DNA of 64,000 nucleotides, from the NCBI GenBank assembly GCA_030141605.1, contig JAQGDQ010000243.1, positions 186,001 to 250,000 on the forward strand. Direction: 5' to 3'. Under the pieces are notes generated by a model that ran no database searches, was not told the DNA's origin, and worked only from the letters and a program-made list of their open reading frames with translations. Below, piece after piece: positions 1-13,000 of the stretch. Origin of the DNA: Tubiluchus corallicola. Lineage: Eukaryota > Animalia > Priapulida. The stretch's first letter is position 1. The number at the start of each line of letters is the position of its first letter. The position numbers and the translations under genes are program-made.

Positions 1-982
1 ATTTATTTGTTCACTTTTACCTGTTTGTAAGGAAATTGATTGGCTATAGCCCGTGCCAGGTATAATGGAAAGTTAACTAACGAATAACTAATTTTATCAG
101 GAAAACTGAAACCAGTCATAGTACATGTTTTGGTCGAAATGGCACGATCGCGTGTAGCGGTGCGTCGGTTCATTTTAATGCGAAATGCTAATTTATCTTG
201 TATTACATGGTTAAATGTGAGTTACGTCACAAGGAAATGAAAATAAGATCAGCTAGCACTTCGACGTTGGATTCAGAACTCGCCTTGGAAACCAACAAAG
301 TTGCATTACGGACTTCGGAGAGCAAAAGAGGAGGATGGCTTTTTGATGCAGACAGATTTAATTCAAAGCTTTTTCGTCGACTTTACTGCGCTTGTAAGAT
401 ATAAAATTACCGCAAAAAAATTTTAAGAGCGTTACGGCACTGCGTGACTAATAATAGTGGGATGTCGCCAGAATAAATTATTCAATGGACTGCTTATGTA
501 TTCAAATTATTAATTTTGTGCCAAATCTTTCTCTCTGCTGTTTTCGTTTTTAGTGTGTTTTTGTCTTCATTTCACGTTATACAGTTAAAACTTGTTTATG
601 AACACCTTAAGGGCATGTAGTCCTACAATTTATTGCAAAATGAGCGAAACGGAATTTTCATTTTAATTTAGATTCAGTGAAGTATCAGAAACTTTGATCT
701 TATGTGGGTTTTTTGTAAAGTTTTCTAGTTTTTTGCTTTTTTCAGATGGGTCGTTGTCATATGATTTTGATTTGAATCATCAGTAAAATTTACAATGTCA
801 CAATTGAGCTTTCCGCTTTCTTTGAATCTAGACTGCAGAATAGCATTTCGGTTAAACGGTTAAGTTCGAAAACCAGCGCAGAGACCACGCAAAAAATAAT
901 TTCATTTCTCTCAAGCTGAAACTATGGAAAGTGAGGTTTACATTTTCTGTTAATTTTTTCAGATCCTCACCCAACAGGAAAT

Positions 983-1056
983 ATGATGCTTCACGCCTCT
1001 AGTAGTCTAACACACACCAACTTGGCTAATCGAGATCCCATCCTTGGACTCAGAGT
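983..1056 (+). CDS. Gene 1 first coding exon (MMLHASSSLTHTNLANRDPILGLR)
   Basis: Acceptor ttttttcAG at 961-962; ATG at 983; donor GTAAGT at 1057; phase 2 matches the exon at 4779. Confidence 0.65.
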
Positions 1057-4000
1057 GTAAGTAACATGACTAATATCGTAAGAAATTAGTTGATTATATA
1101 TATATACAATCTTTATTTGCCATTAAAATACATTGATAATCACTGATAAAAACTTTACAGATATGATCAATCAGTGTTAGTTAATAAAAACTTGCACTGC
1201 TAAAGGCAAATGCGTTAGTGCAATCTAAACTACTGTGCAGTAATAGAAAGTAACGACGAATAAAATCAAACATATTTACAACTATGCACAAAAAAATGAA
1301 AAAAACAATTATTTAATTAATATGGTCGTGGATATAGGAACTCTGAATTAGTGTGTATGTTGTTGTACTGGTGTGATGGTATTTCATATCTTGTTAATAT
1401 TAGTTATTTTAATTTTGTTTTAAATGCTGATAGGGACTTGATTTGCTTAACCTGTAATGGTAGAGAATTCCAAAGTAGAATTTTACTACAACTGTCAACT
1501 GCATTATTTTGTATTGTGCTGAATTGCGGCATATTGCATTACTGATTACTGTTACCATATCATAGTATATGGTTCACACTTCACTGTAAGAATCTTGATA
1601 GTTAAAGTGATAGTTAACCAAGCAAAAATGAATGAACGAATGTAAAAGCATTTATTATGGCTTTTTAATTATCTATGTTATGCGCAGTAGAAATTTAATT
1701 TAGTATTTAGTTTGTTTTAACCTGTTAAAGTTACAGTTTAATTTAGTGTGGGGTTTAATTTCCCGATAACGTATATCTTACTCGCACTGAAAGGAATTTT
1801 AGTTTGTTCTCATTTTAAATCTCCCGCAATGCTGTTCCGAAGTCGCCATTACATGACGTCATGTACCAAACATAAATCAAGGGAAGAAAAGGCAATGTTA
1901 AATTATGTCTCAAAAGACTTCCGTGCAAATCTATATTACTTGGATTTTCGCTTACATGCTAGAAAGACTTATGTAACTAGAAAAAAATTAATTATTTAAA
2001 ATGTTTTCACCAATTGGTAAAATGTCGCTGACTCACCCTCCAGGGTGCACCACTCACTAACCAAAAAACGTATTTTTAATCTTATTAACAAGATACAGTA
2101 ATTTTAAATTTTATTTAGTTAGTGACTTGTGCGCTACTTATGCTCTGATTATTTTTTCAAACTTTACAAAATGTTATCTAAACTTATTTCAAATGACCTG
2201 TCGTGAAAATGGCTGCATCTAACGGTCATCGCGGGAGTTTAAATTTACATGTTTTATACAGCGTGAATGCCGATTGAAGTCCTGCACGCAAAAAGGCAGT
2301 ATGTAAGTGATATAAAATTTCAAAACGAATTTTTTAAGCTTCATGTTTATGAAGGGTTTTCTTGTGCTTTAAAGAATAATAACGTCTAAGTTCAATACAT
2401 ATTGTAAGTTAGACATTACAATACGAAGACGGTAAGAACAAAACAAACAATAAAGCGAAACAGTAAGTCCATTACTTTCATGACAGCAATAAGATAAAAT
2501 CAGATATATAATATCACAACCCGCACGAAATAACACTTTAGAGTTTTCCGAAGTAAGCCTAAAAGGGCTCATAATTTACGCGATCATAAATACATAAAAT
2601 TAGAACTATCAGTAGTTTAAGGGTCTATGTAGGGATCACTGTTATTGTGACTAGGACCTTAGTTGCGTAGAGGTCGCTGCATGTGAGACTAGGGCCTATA
2701 TAGGTGCCACTGTATTTGTGATTAGAGTCGTAGCTATATAAGGGTTACTGCATTTGTGACTAGGGACTGAGCGATATAAGGGTTACTGTATTTGTGACAG
2801 GGTCTTAGCTATATAAGGGTTACTGTATTTGTGACTAGGGTCTTAGCTATATAAGGGTTACTGTATTTGTGACTAGGGTCTTAGCTATATAAGGGTTACT
2901 GTATTTGTGACTAGGGTCTTAGCTATATAGGGGTCACTGCATTTGTGATTAGAGTCTTAGCTATATAGAGGTCACTGCATTTGTGATTAGGGTCTTAGCT
3001 ATATAGGGGTTACTGTATTTGTGACTAGGGTCTTAGCTATATAAGGGTTACTATATTTGTGACTAGGGTCTTAGCTATATAAGGGTTACTATATTTGTGA
3101 CTAGGGTCTTAGCTATATAAGGGTTACTATATTTGTGACTAGGGTCTTAGCTATATAGGGGTTACTATATTTGTGACTAGGGTCTTAGCTATATAGGGGT
3201 TACTGTATTTGTGACTAGGGTCTTATCTATATATTTGTGACTAGGGTCTTAGCTATATAGGGGTTACTGCATTTGTGACTAGGGTCTTAGCTATATAGAG
3301 GTCACTGCATTTGTGATTAGGGTCTTAGCTATATAGGGGTTACTGTATTTGTGACTAGGGTCTTAGCTATACAGGAGTTACTGCATTTGTGACTAGGGCC
3401 TTATAACTATGTTACTTTCAGCATTTGTCTGCTACACTTCAGTCTCTTAGCATTCATACCACTATTTTCATTGATTAATTCACATGACGTTATCCACACA
3501 TGTTACGCGCGCTAAACGCCTTTATAAAAATATGCATGGTGATAATGTGATATACAATTATTGCCAGGGGATCGTTGGCACCTTGCTGTCATTTCACCTG
3601 CTGTTACATGTTGTGAATAATGTAAAGTAAAGCGTCATTTTGGTGAGTTTAAACACAAAATTTAATTAGCCCTGCTATGGATGGATTCATACAGTATCCA
3701 TCTTCTGTTCAAGCTTTTTCTCCTGGTCTCTGGCTTTACGTTATAGACTAAATTTGTAAGTATTGCCTATAAACTGATTATATTTGCATTAGGAGGTTAA
3801 TTGCTTTTAATTCCTGAATTGTAATGAGTTGTAATGTTGACTTTACACAGAATAAGTTAAATCAGACAGTTATTTGTTTTCTGCTGTTATGATAATTAAA
3901 TCTGGATCATAAATTTGTTATTTTTCAAATACAAATTTTTTTTATTAATGTATTGCAATTGTCAGGGCAATTTATCTCGCTTTTTTACCTTTTTCTTTCT

Positions 4001-7000
4001 TTTTGTTATTTGAAATTTATCTTGCAAATGTTGTTTTTCTGAACATTAAAATATTCTCTTTTCTCTTTTGTGTTTTGAACCATATATAATTATGTTTAAT
4101 GTTTGACTATATGTAGGAACGACTGGTTTTTGGTTTTTGTTTTTTTTGCTGTTGTTGTATTTTTGTTTTTTGTATTTATGGACGTTTATGTATTTTTTAA
4201 TAGTTGTGTTCTGCTGTCATTAGCGTCTTTTCGCTTACTGTCTTTCTGAGAAGGGTGGTTGACTCGATAACCTTTGGTTTTTCGTCATCCTTTCTCCCAT
4301 GTTTATTTGTATTTTTGTGTATTTTATTGTCAAATTATTGTACATTTATGGAGAAAAATTAAAAAATTACTTACTTTATTAATTATACGATAAGTAGTCG
4401 TCTAAGAATCGTTAATTATCCTTGTTATATACCTATCCTCAGTTTAATATAAATCTCAATATATTCATAATTATTAAGAAATATTTATTCGCAGCTTTTT
4501 GCACATGAACGAAAAAAAGCAATATAATGTAATTTAATATAAAATATAGACTGTACGATATTTACCAGCTAATTAGTTTAACGAAGTAGTTCCGGTCTTC
4601 TTACATTTCCTTTTTAATATCAGATACAATTTAATCTCAGTTGGTTAGTATTTGTGTGTGCAGTGCTTCTTCATGCTATACCACCCATTGTAATAATATA
4701 CAGAATATTGCTGATTCAGAATATGCTAAAGCAGTACTTAGACAACGTTAAAAATGCCGACATTTCTTCTTGCTTCAGATCTGCCAGTACAAAAGCCACT
4801 AGGGCCAGACAAAGAAAAGAAGCCGATGACCAGTTTAATTTCGTAAAAGAACAAAAGATCGAAAACTATCGCAGGCAGATTGAAGAGCAGAAAATGGTAA
4901 GTATTCTGGTTGAAGGAAATGCACAATAAGCTGTGAATGTTTTTAAACGTACTGTTCATACAGTTTATCTTCAGGCGAAAAAGGAGAAAAAAATCACGTG
5001 GAATTGCTAATACATGTAATACTATCTTTTTGGGTGGTTTCTTATTTAGGATACAAGGATGCAAGCAGCAGCAGAAACACAGAAGCACAGCAAACAAAAA
5101 AAACAAGGGAGAATTTATAAAATCACAGTCACAGAACAGAGAATGGGACAAACAGAAACCTTTAATTCATTATATAGGGCAGGTATTTTGGGAACTGATT
5201 CTTTTTTGTCTCGATTGTGTTTCGTGCTACATTATCTTGCCTTTAATAAATCTAAGTATTTTACTTTTGTCCCTAAAACATTCATTCGTTCGTTCGTTCG
5301 TTCGTTCATTCATTCATTCATTCCTTCATTCATTCATTCATTCATTCATTCTTCTTACATATTCAGTCAACCATTGTAATCTCGCAGGTACAAGTAAAAC
5401 TAATATAACAGTACAAAACAAAAACTAAAATGTGCAACAAATTTCACGCAACGAAAGCTCGCCTAGGTACCGAACCTGTCACTACGTTGCAAAACAGTGC
5501 GCTTCAGCTGAAGACAGCTACTTTTATTCAGGACATTAAATCTAATTAAAGCTGCTATATCTTTTGTTAACAATTTTCATTTTTTAAATTGATTAATTCA
5601 CAAGTTCCAGAAAAGCTTAACCTTTCTAATATGAGCCCACCCAAAAAAGCACGGTACAAACACGTAGCTGTAAAGATAATAACGGTCATCCAATATTGCC
5701 GAATTGTAACTGTGGATTTCGATTTGAGTCTGTTGAACACTTTTTGTTGCACTGCCCATTGTATCAACAAACTAGGGTTGTTATGTTTGATAAATTAAAT
5801 GAAATACTTCTGCCCGAAATCCTTAATATAGCTGCCTTAGGAAATAATGATCTGTTGAAGTTGTTATTATTCGGAAAAGATGAATTTAACTATGTTGCTA
5901 ACTGTAAAATATTCCAATGTATACATGACTTTATATTACGTACTAAACGCTTCCAGTAGTTTCTATCTGATATAAAATGTATCAGTCTTAAATATTCGTA
6001 CATTAATATTTTCTAACCGTCATTTTCTACTAATTATTCTAATGTAATCTTGTAGTAAAACTTATCAGCTTGTGTAGTTATAGTCAATTCTTACTGTAAA
6101 TGTTCTTGTAAATAGTGTATGAAGTCTGTTGTGGTGAGGATCCTAAATCATGTTGTTCAAACTGTCTGATCCAATCCTAAATAAATTTTGTTTAAACTAA
6201 ATACGTAGCGTTGTTTGCAAACGTACCAATAGGCATATAGGAAGCACGTTGTAGAAAAAGCATAGTTATTTCAAAACACCCAGCGCTTATTTCAAAATTA
6301 CTTAGTTTAACCGTATTAATTCAAAGTGAAGGTTTCCACAACTTCTGCTTAAGGAAAAGTTCCTGCGTGAGTTAAATTTTGTGATCAGCTGAGACAGAGA
6401 TATGAAGTCACGTTACTGAATTATCTCTGCTTTGGCGCCAAGAGCTCTTTGGGTTTATTTACATTTATCTTGTCACCTGAGAAAATCAACTCAAATGAGC
6501 GCACAGGTATGTACAGGTGTGTACAGGTATGCACATGCGACAGTTACGTTTAAATTATCGTCTGTTACTATAATATGCGACCTGCACTGGTCGATAAATA
6601 TAAATAATGTAGAGTATACACAGGATTAATACCAACAGCAACACGGTTGGGAAAGGAAAAGTATCGATAAAGCGAATAGTGAAAGCAAGAATATTTAGGT
6701 CTTTTCATCAAATAAAATTTAGAAAAAAATGTCTGCAAAATAAAAGTCGTCAGGCAAAACCATAAACTGCGCATTTGTGGTCTTCTTTTTGTTTGATTGG
6801 TTAGCGCCCGAATGAATGAATGAATGAATGAATGAATGAATGAATGAATGAATGAATGAATGAATGAATGAATGAATGAATGAATGAATGAATGGATAAA
6901 TGGATGGATGAATGGATGGATGAATGGATGGATGAATAAATGAATGAATGAAAGAATGAATGAATGAATGAACGAACGAACGAACGAACGAACGAACGAA

Positions 7001-10000
7001 CGAATGAATGTTTTAGGGACAAAAGTAAAATACTTAGATTTATTAAAGGCAAGATAATGTAGCACGAAACACAATCGAGACAAAAAAGAATCAGTTCCCA
7101 AAATAGCTGCCCTATATAATGAATTAAAGGTTTCTGTTTGTCCCATTCTCTGTTCTGTGACTGTGATTTTATAAATTCTCCCTTGTTTTTTTTGTTTGCT
7201 GTGCTTCTGTGTTTCTGCTGCTGCTTGCATCCTTGTATCCTAAATAAAAAACTACCCAAAAAGATTAGTATTTTTTAGTATTAGATGTATTACATGTAGT
7301 ATTAGATGTAGTATTTACATCTAATGCATTACAAATGTATTACATTTTAGTATTAGATGTATTACATGTTACATGTATTACATATTACGTTACCTAGTAT
7401 TACATGTACTAGCAATTCCACGTAATTTTTTTTTCTCCTTTCTCGCCTGAAGATAAACTGTATGAACATTATGTTTGTCGCACTGACGTAAATAAGTGTC
7501 ACTTATCAGCTGTTTTAGTTAGACGCAATAGCTCATAGGTTGATCAGAACAAAATATTTTTGCTGACGCTGCAATACGTAGAGCAAATACTCGGTCATAA
7601 AGGACACAACGATGTCATTTTCAATGTCACTTTGACGGCAAGCCCAATTTGAATATTACCATTCTCTTTGCAGCCTTACAGTGACAGTTGGTTATTTATT
7701 CCTTCATTATGCATTTCTTTACGATATGATTGGTTTTCGACAACGCCTTGTTCACCATAATTTCATGTAACATTAAAATAATTGTCCCAAATGTAGGTGT
7801 CGGCATTTTCAAAGCAAGCAGTTTTTCACGAGACCATAATTGTACATTACCACTAAAATACATATACATGTTAAAAAATGTTATATGGCTTCTTTGTGTA
7901 TAGTCTCAATGTTTACTTTGTCATCATGTCTTCTACTGGAATCTCTCCTGCGCGTTCCTTGTTGGTGCTTGTTAATTTTCGCCCATGCATAAGAGCTTCT
8001 GGGTTGAGGAAGCACATTAAGACGTGCAATGTATCTAGATAATTCATGTTAAAGACTTTTAACGTGCATCTACGGGTCTATTTAGTGAACTTGTATAAAA
8101 TACTTTCAGTTTCTCCAGCGTTTGTTTGAACTGAAATAGAAGTGCTGACGTGCGCGGTTTAAAAATTTCAACTAAAGTGTTTATAGTGAATTTAGCTTAT
8201 GCAAGTACCATGCAGGAACAAAATTTCAAATTAGGCTTAGTTGTAAAATGTCAATATATTTCATTCGTTCGATCGTTTGATCGATCGTTCGTTCGTTCAT
8301 TCATCCATGTTACATTATTCAGTCAACTGTTTATTTTATTTTAAGTGTAATCTAGTAGGTTTTATACCGTTGAAACTAATATAACAGTATAAAACAAAAA
8401 CTAAAATATGCAACATTCAAGTCCTAATGTGTGTGTTGTATATCCGATTACACTACGAAAGCCCCACTAAGTACCAAATCTAGCTTGCGAATTCTTTGCA
8501 AAATAGGATTGGAGTTCTATTTAGACCTTACTTCTCAAGCCGCAGCCCATAGAGAAAACCATTGAACAAACTAAACTTAAAAGACCGGCAATGTGAAAAG
8601 TTGAAAGGCAGCCTAGATTTGAACCAAGCACCTTTGCTTACAAGGCAGACGCCTTAGACCACCCGGCCACTGTATCTCCTAGTTGTCAAAGTGGTTCAAA
8701 ATTCACCATTTCCAAAATTAGATCATTCACACTAGAGTGATTCTAGCAAATTAATTAGTTTTAGTTGAGTTTATTTTGAGTCTTAAATTTCCTTCGGCAA
8801 TTAATTAATTATTATAATCTTAATATCAAGATTATTGTTAATGATGGAACAAACTATCATTACCGCATTGTCTTAATGCGCTTCTTTAAGCTGGAAGTAG
8901 GAATACGTTGGAAGTAGATTCTGATTTTATTTTTCTATTTGCGTAAAAATCATCAGAAGCCAGTATTTTAAAATTCACTAACTCTTGTTATTTAGAACAT
9001 GGAGCAGCTACAAGCGTACGACCCATGGGGTCGACCGGGGGGTGGTGCACCTGTAGTGCTGGAAAAGAAACCTGCTACTGCAGACTCAAAACCTCAGCAT
9101 TCCACCCACGCCGAAGCAAGAAAACCTGGAACGGCGAAATCGTTGGTGAGTGAAGACTGGAGAGCTGCTTTTCATTTTTTTTATTTCTGTTTTTCCATGC
9201 TGGTGTTGTCCGTTAAATAAACGACCGTAGATGATCCATGTCGTTGCCTCATTAGTGTGTACACATATTTTAGAGTGAAACTGCTAAAAAAGCTAAACAT
9301 TTAACTTGTTACTTACAGGTGAAATGAAAACCAAGCTAATTTTACTTACTTAATGAGAATAAACCTATACGCAGCAAATTAAACCAGCCAATTTACACTT
9401 TTTATGTTGTGCTCTTGCACACTGATGATGTATTACAAATAGCATGACTTCAGATAATAATGTTAAAGGACAAGAAAGGGGCACCTGAAGTAGGTTTCAG
9501 AAAAATCGCCTTAAAAAATTACATTACTTTATAGCAATTTTATGCGTATATCTTACTCGCACTGAAACCAATTTTAGTTTGTTCTCATTTTAAATCTCCC
9601 GCAATACTGTTCCGAAGTCGCCATTACATTACGTCATGCACCAAATGTAAATGAAGGGAAGAAAAGACAATGTTAAATTATGTCTCAAAAGACTTTCCGT
9701 GCAAATCTATATTTAGAAAGATTTATGTAACTAGAAAGGAAAATTATTAATTATTTAAAATGTTTTCACCAATTGGTAAAATGTCGCTGACTCACCCTCC
9801 AGGGTGCACAACTCACTAACTAAAAAACGTATTTTTAATCTTATTGACAAGATACAGTAATTTTAAATTTTATTTAGTTAGTGATTTGTGCGCTACGAAT
9901 GCTCTGATTATTTTTTCAAACTTTACAAAATGTTATTTAAACTTGTTTCAAATGACCTGTCACCAAAATGGCTGCGTCTAACGGTCATCGCGGGAGTTTA

Positions 10001-13000
10001 AATTTACATGTTTTATACAGCGTGACTGCCGATTGAAGTCCTGCATGTAAAAAGGCAGTATGTAAGTGATATAAAATTTCGAAACGAATTTTTCAAGCTT
10101 TATGTTTATGAAGAGTTTTCTTGTGCTTCAAAGAATAATAACGTCTAAGTTCAATACGATATAAATAAAATGGGCATAATGACTTACACAACCAGTCAAA
10201 GATATTCTCGAGAAGAGTACCACTCCAGTTCCCATTTAACCCTTTACTGCTGAAGACGTACTATTTTCTAGACAAAAGTAGATATTGGCAACAACAAAAA
10301 ACCGTCACCTAAACAATTCCACTACCAGCTAAAATAAATCTACTATTGCTAATGTATAGAAACAAAAAAATTGTGCATTATTCAAATCTGTAATGGTGTT
10401 ATCTAATAATGACTTCCCTTAAAACATAGTCCAGGGATAACACCTTAAGTAACTCAGTACTTATTTCCAAGGTGATCCCGATTATTATTACCTCGATGTT
10501 ACTTCGATAAGTTCGCGTGTTTGGTCGATAAACCAGCGGTACCATTTTTCAAGCCTTTGGAATCACTCGGTCGGGAGTTAACAGCACAAAATATGCAGTT
10601 GATGTTTTTACTATAAATCAACGTACCACGTTATTCTGTTACAGATATAGATCTGAAAAAGTACCGCCTAAATGTTTATTATACTGCTGGAAAAATGTTA
10701 ATACTGGCATTTGCCTCTTTCAGGATGAAGGGCTAAAATTTGGAACACCGGGTGCAGGCGCTCCTAATTTCACCAAGTCTGGCCGCGTCCACGCTCATAT
10801 GAGGCGCAATCCGGAACTTTATTTTCAAGATGCTCCTTCCTATCGCCAAAACTTTCTAGACACCAAGCGGTATGCCGCGGATCCACAACAGGTTAAAAAC
10901 TATCAGACGGACGTGAATGGTTTTATTGATTCGCTCGTAAAGGTAGAACTCGTTAAAGTAAACCCACAAAAATGTACTTTATTTGACTTTTAATTTGAAA
11001 ACATCAGTAGTGATCGTCACTTTTCTTGTACAGAACTAATAACCAGACAGAGGATCACTTTGGTGATTTCTTCTCTTTAGTCAAGTAGCCTGGTGACCAC
11101 AGACCCCCAAGAAAAGCTTTCAGATCATCTGGACGAATTCTCTTTAAAAGTATAATATTTGAGGTCTTCTTACTTGGATAGAAAAGTTTCAATTATGTTT
11201 AGAGTGTAACATTAAGTTGCATATGGTTATGATAAAATATCAATAGACATTTTGGCGTATGATTATGAATGCATAATTGAACATGAAGTCTAAGTTAGTC
11301 TATTTGTAAATTCACCTATTGAACCCAGCGGTTCTTTATGTTATGAGAGAGGACACATTTCAGGAGATTTTTTACCCTACATGGTTTCAATAGCTTAAAA
11401 TCACGAAGAGCTAAATTATGGAATTCGTTGCCAAAAGATACCTTTGAAGGTAGCTTATTTTCTGCTTCCGAAAAATACACAAAAATCTTATTAAATGGAT
11501 ATACCTGTAGTACATAACTTGTAAGACTAATAAGCAAGCTAACAAGTTCTTTTTCCTTTTCTTTTTTTCTCCTCATCTCCTAAGTAATTGTTGCTCTTTC
11601 TCATACTTACTTTTTCTCATAAATTTTTCTATATTACACTTTTTTGATGCTTATTTTTTCTTTCCATACTCTCAGTTTTTAACTTTACTCACTAACCTTG
11701 GTCAAATTCCCCTGTTAATGAAACCCCATTTGAAACTACTGCATATAATAATCCTAATTACTGAATAATTGTATTGTGTTGTTTAGATTTGGGTATCTAA
11801 CTTTATTATTTTTGTTTTCAGTTCTTTTTGGATAATTTGTATCATTTATACTGTTTTTATTATTATTTTTTCTTACTTGCTTTTGTTTTTGTTATCTGCA
11901 GCATCACCATTTTTAACATACTAATCTATTTATAAGGAAGGGCAGGAGACTAGATGACCCTATGGTCCTTCCCTGCCCTGCTCCATGATTATAATTAGAT
12001 AATAGTTAAAAACTTTTGATGTTAAACTAATTGGAGAAAATAAATGTTCTATGTCTATGTCTATGTCTGGAATCCTGCTGATAAGTTGCATAAGCATATT
12101 TTGATGTTATAAGCAGATTTTATGCCCATAAAGCCCATTTAGTAGGGTCAATTTACTTACTTACCCAAAAAAGAAAACGTACTTGGTCCAGAGAATGATA
12201 TATCCAAATTTGATCACTGCATTTTATATTGACCCTGCTAATTCTGTTAGTTACAATTTACAATTTTAAGTACTTTTTTTTGTTTAGAGAAAACAAAGAA
12301 TAGAGACTAGACACTCTGAACCTGTAACGGTTTACGATCCCTTTGGAAAACCAGGAGCTGGAGCACCCATAAAATCAAAATCTGGTAAAAATTTCTGAAC
12401 CTCTTGTGCATTTGTGCCACAAGGTTATTTTGTGCGTCACTAAAAACATATTTCTTTTAAAAAAAAAGTTACTAAAGTTTAAGTTATCTGTGAAATATTT
12501 TTTGCATATACTTTTCATCGCACCTTGCAGGTCGAGTTGTGGCAACGAAAAAAGCGGCTTGGAGTCGGACTCCAAATTCTGAACCAAATATATACAAAAG
12601 GGCTCATAAACAAGGTAGAGTAATACATTACGATGTGAACGCCATCTGTTGGTATCTGTTATCGTCGTCATCTGCGCCAACATCTTTATCATTTTCATCA
12701 ACATCATCGCCGGTATAGTCGTGTTGTCGTTATAAATTTCGGCATTTCTATTGATATCAGCATTATCAATATTACCACGGTCATCCTCACCAACATCATT
12801 GTCGTCTTTATCAAGATTGTCAATGTCATCATCATCATCATCATCATCGTCGTCGTCATCTTCACCTTCATCGTCATCATCTTCATCATCATCATCACCA
12901 TCATCATCGTTATCTCACAGCTACCCACCCTTTGTCAGTATGATCAATACTCTAATCATTCAATCTCCCATCGCCATCATTGTCATGGTCAGTGTCCATT

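Larger units (their letters stand above)
4945..7476. repeat. Long inverted repeat: arms ~4945-5350 and ~6810-7476, each with an inner (TTCA/TTCG)n microsatellite
   Basis: ORF 5059(+) and ORF 7230(-) translate to nearly identical peptides. Confidence 0.92.

Noticed and set aside
198-404. 68-aa ORF as first coding exon of gene 1
   Set aside because: It starts at TTG, has no recognisable motif, and the nearby GTAAGA donor phase does not fit the exon at 963; it may be 5' UTR.
2640-3400. Regular repeat arrays (also 18.4k, 38k, 41.4k, 43.5k, 60k) as possible CRISPR arrays
   Set aside because: The units are head-to-tail with no unique spacers, there are no cas genes, and the context is a eukaryotic intron.
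6568-7259. 220-aa and 152-aa minus-strand ORFs as an independent gene
   Set aside because: Inverted copy of 4945-5350 extended through a (GAAT)n microsatellite; the donor is mutated.
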